Part shown: positions 27,773-32,000 of the stretch, piece after piece
Numbering within the stretch: position 1 is the stretch's first letter
Layout of the letters: the number at the start of each line of letters is the position of its first letter
Source of the DNA: Thermoproteus tenax Kra 1
Lineage (GTDB): Archaea > Thermoproteota > Thermoprotei > Thermoproteales > Thermoproteaceae
DNA: 32,000 nt
Assembly: GCF_000253055.1 (NCBI RefSeq)
Contig: NC_016070.1
Location: 270,001 to 302,000 of the forward strand
Reading direction: 5' to 3'
The notes under the pieces: model-generated
What the model was told of the DNA's origin: nothing
The model's input: only the letters and a program-made list of their open reading frames with translations
The model's database searches: none
Translations under genes and position numbers: made by a program

Positions 27773-28746
27773 GAGGCCCCCGAGGCCCTGTGGGATAACT
27801 GTCCACACCGGCGTCGGCTGCCCGCTGGCTTGTGCGTACTGCTATATATACGACATGGGGTTCCCCGGCGCCGTCAAGCCCTATCCTCTCGCGCCCCTCG
27901 AGATGGCCTACGCGTTGGCCGCCAACCCATATGTCGCCGTGGGAGAGCGGGGCACCCTTGTGGCCGTGGGCTCGGTCACTGAGCCGTTCCTCCCAGAGAC
28001 GAGGGGGTTGGCGCTTGGATATATCGCGGCCATCGCCGAGAGCCTCGGGAACCCCATCCAAGTCTCCACCAAGTATCCTCCGCCGGCCGAGTTGGCTAGG
28101 TACTCAGCGGACGTGCTCATCAGCGTCACTGACGCCGAGGGGAGGCTTGAGCCCAGAGCGCCTAAGCCCGTCGAGAGGATCAAGGGAGCTGAGGAGCTGA
28201 TAAAGAGGGGAGGCTCCGTCGCCCTCTTCGTCAGGCCCGTGGTCCCGGGCGTCACCGACCGCGACATAGAGCGTCTGCTCGCGCTGGCTTGGGACGCCGG
28301 CATTAGGCGGGTTATATTCGGCACACTGAGGGTCACCAGCGGCATAGCCGCCAGGCTGAGGCCTTCGGAGTCGATATCTCCCCCTACGCTCCGCCCAGGC
28401 TGGAGAGGAGGAGCAGATCCCGATAAAATATCCCAAGGCCAAGCTGGTCGAGGCGGCCGAGAGGTGGGGCTTCGAGGTCCTGCCCGCCTCTTGTGCCTCG
28501 AACGTGTTGGCCCACGGCCAGACTTGTGCGCTCTGCAGCTGGGGGCCGTGCGGCGGAGTTCCGAGAGTCGATGTAGAAGACGTGAGGGACTACCTAGAGG
28601 CCAGAGGGTACAGAGGGGCCGACCCCAGCTTCGACGGCAGAAGGGTGTCGGTGAAGGTGAGGCTGAGGAGGGAGGACAAAGTCTTCTTGGAACAAGCCCT
28701 GAGGGTTCCCGTCGTCGGCCAGGGGAGGGCGCCCCGACCGTCCTAG
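27681..28746 (+). pseudogene. radical SAM protein (SplB/DNA-repair-photolyase-like), interrupted by two -1 frameshifts
   Basis: The CX3CX2C motif GCPLACAYCY is near the N-terminus. Frame 0 is protein-like up to ...RVTSGIAARL (about 28358). High GC3 and protein-like sequence then continue in the -1 frame (EAFGVDISPYAPPRLE, 28358-28405). They shift to the next -1 frame (EEEQIPIKYPKAKLVEAAERWGFEVLPASCASNVLAHGQTCALCSWGPC...) through the stop at 28744-28746. The track ORF tail from 28360 to 29132 is Arg-rich junk antisense to the crotonase gene. Confidence 0.72.
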
Positions 28747-28759
28747 ATGGGCTCCGCCG

Positions 28760-29524
28760 TCACGAGGCGAATTTAGCTCTACACTTCGGCACCTCCTGGG
28801 CCACTATCTTCAAAAGCCTCTCTCTGTCGGCCTTCGCCAGACATCTGGACATGAGGGCGTCCACATATACGGCCTCAAATTCATCCAACTCCTTCACGTA
28901 TCTGTGGATGAGCCTCCTTGAGAGCGGCGGTATGTTGAGGGATTTGACCAGGGCCTTGGCGTCCCCCATTAAGTTGCCTCTCGGCACCACGTGGATCAGC
29001 CCCCTCTGGGCCAAGAGGGGGGCCTCGGCGGCCTCCCCAGAGAGCATCCTCAGGGCCGTGAGCCTGTCCAATCTGTCCAAGAGGGGCCTTGCGCCAAACG
29101 CGGGCGGTATGCCGGCCTTTGCCTCGGGGTAGCAGATGTAGACGTCAGGAGGAGCTATGACCAAGTCCGCCCAGAGCGCAATCTCCATCCCGATGCCCAC
29201 CGCAGACCCGTTCAGGACCACGAACACCGGCTTCGCCGACGACGCCATTAGGGCGAAGAGGGACTTGATGGCTCTGACCGTCTCCCTGACAGAGTCGTAG
29301 TCGTCCCCCAGATTGACCCAGTCTATGCCGGCTGTGAAGTAGGCGCCTCCCATAGCGGTTATGACTACCTTGTCCACGTTCGGGTCTTGGCTGGCCAACA
29401 TGAGCGCCGAAGTCAATTGAACGAGCACGTCCCTATTGATGCGGTTGAACTCGCCGTTGTCTACGGCTATAACGCCGATCCCCTCTTCGTTCCATATTTT
29501 GACTCTATTGAAGAATTTCTCCAT
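28760..29524 (-). CDS. enoyl-CoA hydratase/isomerase (crotonase) family protein
   Basis: 254 aa with the crotonase fold blocks VVITAMGGAYFTAGIDW and LNGSAVGIGMEIALWADL. TATA cctatataga lies about 25 nt upstream inside the 3' end of the cytochrome b gene. Confidence 0.88.
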   Translation of the reverse strand: MEKFFNRVKIWNEEGIGVIAVDNGEFNRINRDVLVQLTSALMLASQDPNVDKVVITAMGGAYFTAGIDWVNLGDDYDSVRETVRAIKSLFALMASSAKPVFVVLNGSAVGIGMEIALWADLVIAPPDVYICYPEAKAGIPPAFGARPLLDRLDRLTALRMLSGEAAEAPLLAQRGLIHVVPRGNLMGDAKALVKSLNIPPLSRRLIHRYVKELDEFEAVYVDALMSRCLAKADRERLLKIVAQEVPKCRAKFAS

Positions 29525-29539
29525 GGAAAAAATGGATTT

Positions 29540-30979
29540 CTACTCTATATAGGTGACGTAGAAGTAGGATAACAACGCTGCCGACAAATCTATCAAAGCG
29601 CCGCCCCAAGCGATCCCTATATAGGGCGCTTGGGTTGCTGGATTCAACGCAAACGACAGCGCGGCCAACACCACGGCGAAGATGCCGCTTATGTAGCCGA
29701 AGTACTCAGCCGCCTTCTTGTAGGGCCAGCCGGAGCCCTTCACCCTAGGCGCCAGCTTGAGGGCGCCCGCCTCTTTGGCTCTGCGCCACACGAGATGTGC
29801 GGCGTACATGCCGACGAAGATTATCACTGGAGGCGGCAGTATAGTGATGAGGATCCAGGATGGCTCTACGGGCACGCCGGGCTGTATGGCGCCCCATAGG
29901 CTGAGCTCGATCACCCACGCCAACCCCGTTAAATACAAGGCGGTTATCCAAGGTCTGTCCAACGGGTGGAGCGCATCGCCTCTGTCTATCAAGGGGGTGA
30001 GCAATAAGATTATCAGAGGAATGAAGACGGCCATGACTATATCTGTGCCTAGGCCGAAGGGCATATCGGCCATCTTATAGATGAACAAGAAGAACCACGG
30101 CGGATAGGCTGGGAAGCCGGCGGCTTGGGGACTCGTCGGCGAGGGACCTGGATACGGCGAGAACAACACAGGCGTGGCGTTGACTATGCCGGGGAGCTGG
30201 AGGAATGAGGGCACGAACAATATAATGCCCCAGGTCAAGAACACGATGCCCGTCATAAAGATGAAGTTCCTGGGCCACCACGGCTTTATCCTAGGGTCGT
30301 TCCTCTGAAGAACGGCCGGGGCCTTGTAACCCACCTCGGCTGGCTCCGGCGCGAAGCCGTTCTGCTCCGCCAGATAGAAGTGGAGCACGAAGAAAAGTAT
30401 GATCGCGGCGGCGAGGATTATATGCCAGCCGAGGAACCTCAGATAGGTCGCAGCGCTTCCGCCTGCGCCGAATATGACGGGTATCAGCCCGCTTAACCCA
30501 ATGGACGAAACTACGGCTTTGCCCACATCTACGGCGTCCACCGACAACACATCGCCGGTCAGAGAATAGCCCAGGAAGGCGGTGCCTAGGGTTATGGCAA
30601 ATAGCAATACGCCGAGGACCCACTGGGCCCCCCTAGGACGTTTGTAGTTGCCTCGGAAGAACTCGTAGAGGCCGTGTATATAGACGGCGAAGATCATTAT
30701 ATATGCTCCATAGAGATGGGAGGGGAGCAGTATTTTGCCGAACGGGATGTTGCCCAAGATGTACATAGTGGACTGATAGGCGCTTGCCGGCTCATAGTAC
30801 AACATCAACAACAGCCCTGTTATCGCCTGCCAAATTAGGGCCGATGTAGCTATGGCCCCGAGCCAGTACTCTATGCTGAACATGTAGTCTGGCACCCCCA
30901 TAAACGGCACATCTCTGAGGTGGAACACATCGGCGATCCAGTCGGAGATCCTCTCTATCAAGCCGCGCCTCTGGGACAT
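29540..30979 (-). CDS. cytochrome b (bc-complex type, extended C-terminus)
   Basis: 479 aa, polytopic. The N-terminal cytochrome b core has conserved His-bearing helices (e.g. FAVYIHGLYEFF, LGWHIILAAA). It lies 3 nt downstream of the Rieske gene. Confidence 0.88.
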   Translation of the reverse strand: MSQRRGLIERISDWIADVFHLRDVPFMGVPDYMFSIEYWLGAIATSALIWQAITGLLLMLYYEPASAYQSTMYILGNIPFGKILLPSHLYGAYIMIFAVYIHGLYEFFRGNYKRPRGAQWVLGVLLFAITLGTAFLGYSLTGDVLSVDAVDVGKAVVSSIGLSGLIPVIFGAGGSAATYLRFLGWHIILAAAIILFFVLHFYLAEQNGFAPEPAEVGYKAPAVLQRNDPRIKPWWPRNFIFMTGIVFLTWGIILFVPSFLQLPGIVNATPVLFSPYPGPSPTSPQAAGFPAYPPWFFLFIYKMADMPFGLGTDIVMAVFIPLIILLLTPLIDRGDALHPLDRPWITALYLTGLAWVIELSLWGAIQPGVPVEPSWILITILPPPVIIFVGMYAAHLVWRRAKEAGALKLAPRVKGSGWPYKKAAEYFGYISGIFAVVLAALSFALNPATQAPYIGIAWGGALIDLSAALLSYFYVTYIE

Positions 30980-30982
30980 AGC

Positions 30983-31768
30983 CTATCCAAGCGCAGGGTT
31001 CTGATAGAAGTTGACTACGGTCTGAGTGCCTTTGATCGGAGTGCCTCCCTGCAGATCGCCCACTGGATTGTTCACTACTTCCTGCGTTGGATTAGTGAAG
31101 CCAGGATGGCCGAAGACGACAGGTCCGATCATCCCGACGGCGTATAGCTGGTCCGTTGAGGGATCCCACTGGAGTATCACGGCGGGGAGCGGCGCTACAG
31201 CCGGGCCCGTTATGACGGCTCCGCCCTTGTACGGATCATACGTCGAGCCGTGGCAGTTGCAGTGGAGGACTCTGTCCATAGGGCCCTTGATTGTGATGGC
31301 CTTGCGTCCCGGCGGATAGAAGGTCATCTCGGGGAAGGTACAGCCGGCGTGTTGACATATAGCGCTGTAGGCCACTATGGACTTGTGGGGCCCCACGCCG
31401 CCTGGGAACGTATACGTGGCGCCAGTCTGAGGCACTGTCACTTTGACGGGGGGTACTGCCACCGGATTGTTGTTCTCATCGCCTAGATTTAGCAAGAAGA
31501 CCGGCTCGTTGCTCAAGGGATAGTTGAACATGGCGATCTTCGGCTGGGCGTTCACAGGTATATCCGAGGCCTTGATCGGGTTGCCGTTTTCATCGACCAA
31601 CAACAGCTTGGGGAACTCCGAGATGCTCTCTATAGGCGGCATCAAAAACTCCAGCCCCCTCAAAAGCCCCACGGTGACGCTTAGGCCCGCCAGAAGTATT
31701 ATCCCCTGGAGCAGCCTGCGCCTCGACTCGTCTACGGGCAGACCCTGAGAGGTATTTGTACCCTCCAT
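30983..31768 (-). CDS. Rieske 2Fe-2S protein with twin-arginine signal
   Basis: 261 aa. Has a Tat motif SRRRLLQG followed by a TM helix. Rieske boxes are CQHAGC and CNCHGSTYD. Confidence 0.93.
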   Translation of the reverse strand: MEGTNTSQGLPVDESRRRLLQGIILLAGLSVTVGLLRGLEFLMPPIESISEFPKLLLVDENGNPIKASDIPVNAQPKIAMFNYPLSNEPVFLLNLGDENNNPVAVPPVKVTVPQTGATYTFPGGVGPHKSIVAYSAICQHAGCTFPEMTFYPPGRKAITIKGPMDRVLHCNCHGSTYDPYKGGAVITGPAVAPLPAVILQWDPSTDQLYAVGMIGPVVFGHPGFTNPTQEVVNNPVGDLQGGTPIKGTQTVVNFYQNPALG

Positions 31769-31968
31769 TAGCTCTTCTCCTCAATCAAATATTTTTAAAT
31801 ATTTTTCTAAATTAATTAGAAAAAAATGATATAAATATAGAAAAGGTACTTGTCCTATTCTCTTCCTAATCGTTTCCTATTAAATCAGATTAAAATAAAG
31901 ATTTAATTCAAATTTTTCTATTGTTTATCTGGAAATTTTTAAATATCGAATTTACTATATAACATTTT
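31769..31968. promoter_or_regulatory. 200-bp extremely AT-rich divergent promoter region with internal repeats
   Basis: About 80% AT in a genome of about 60% GC. Contains a tandem 10-mer AAATATTTTT x2 (31787-31806) and the 12-mer ATTTTTAAATAT at 31791-31802 and 31935-31946. TCCTAWT occurs three times with an 11-nt period (31853, 31864, 31875). Confidence 0.6.
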
Positions 31969-32000
31969 ATGCGGCATAATCCGGGCTCCAAGTTGGGACG
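31969..32000 (+). CDS. possible 5' end of a gene running off the window (MRHNPGSKLG...)
   Basis: ATG lies about 27 nt downstream of TATA atttttaaatat (31935-31946). Only 10 codons are visible. Confidence 0.25.
   Translation, partial: MRHNPGSKLG

Noticed and set aside
28360-29132. C-terminal 250 aa of the 483-aa track ORF 27681..29132.
   Set aside because: After about 28358 the frame becomes Arg-rich junk and runs antisense through the crotonase gene. The real continuation of the radical-SAM protein lies in the other two frames and ends at 28746.
31769-31968. Replication origin in the AT-rich block.
   Set aside because: No ORB or mini-ORB-like inverted repeats and no adjacent orc1/cdc6 gene are visible. 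Both ends of the block are explained by TATA boxes of divergent genes. It is retained only as an AT-rich regulatory region.

Overview
A 32-kb chromosomal segment of about 60% GC that looks like a crenarchaeon of the Thermoproteaceae (Pyrobaculum/Thermoproteus-like). This is an inference from several traits. TATA boxes sit about 25 nt upstream of start codons (mostly leaderless genes), and 4-nt ATGA stop/start overlaps are frequent. The tRNAs lack an encoded CCA. The segment also encodes a TrpB2, a Rieske/cytochrome b pair and a small basic chromatin-like protein. It is densely coding (about 40 genes) and largely housekeeping. One block is a cofactor island: thiC, pdxS/pdxT, a PduO-type adenosyltransferase-like gene and nadA-nadB-nadC-queE. 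Also present are a secreted N-glycosylated surface protein, tRNA-Leu(UAA), trpB2, rpl5-tldD-pmbA and two tandem PP-loop ATPases. Further on are tRNA-Phe(GAA), a KaiC/RecA-like ATPase, SpoIIM-like and PEBP genes, two MFS transporters, BtpA, a crotonase and a Rieske-cytochrome b operon. I found no CRISPR array, rRNA, transposase or integrase. The less ordinary parts are as follows. (1) A 29/30-nt direct repeat brackets a 1.9-kb three-gene cassette next to tRNA-Phe. (2) Two long GC-rich non-coding spacers (17339-17692 and 20904-21159) have multi-helix potential. (3) A SWIM / polytopic membrane / ASCH / SplB-like radical-SAM cluster has its radical-SAM gene broken by two nearby -1 frameshifts. (4) Two small genes fall below the ORF-track cutoff: a 56-aa basic protein and a 46-aa zinc ribbon. 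(5) Several repeated candidate operator motifs lie in divergent promoters. All functional calls rest on reading the translations for family motifs. No database search was possible.
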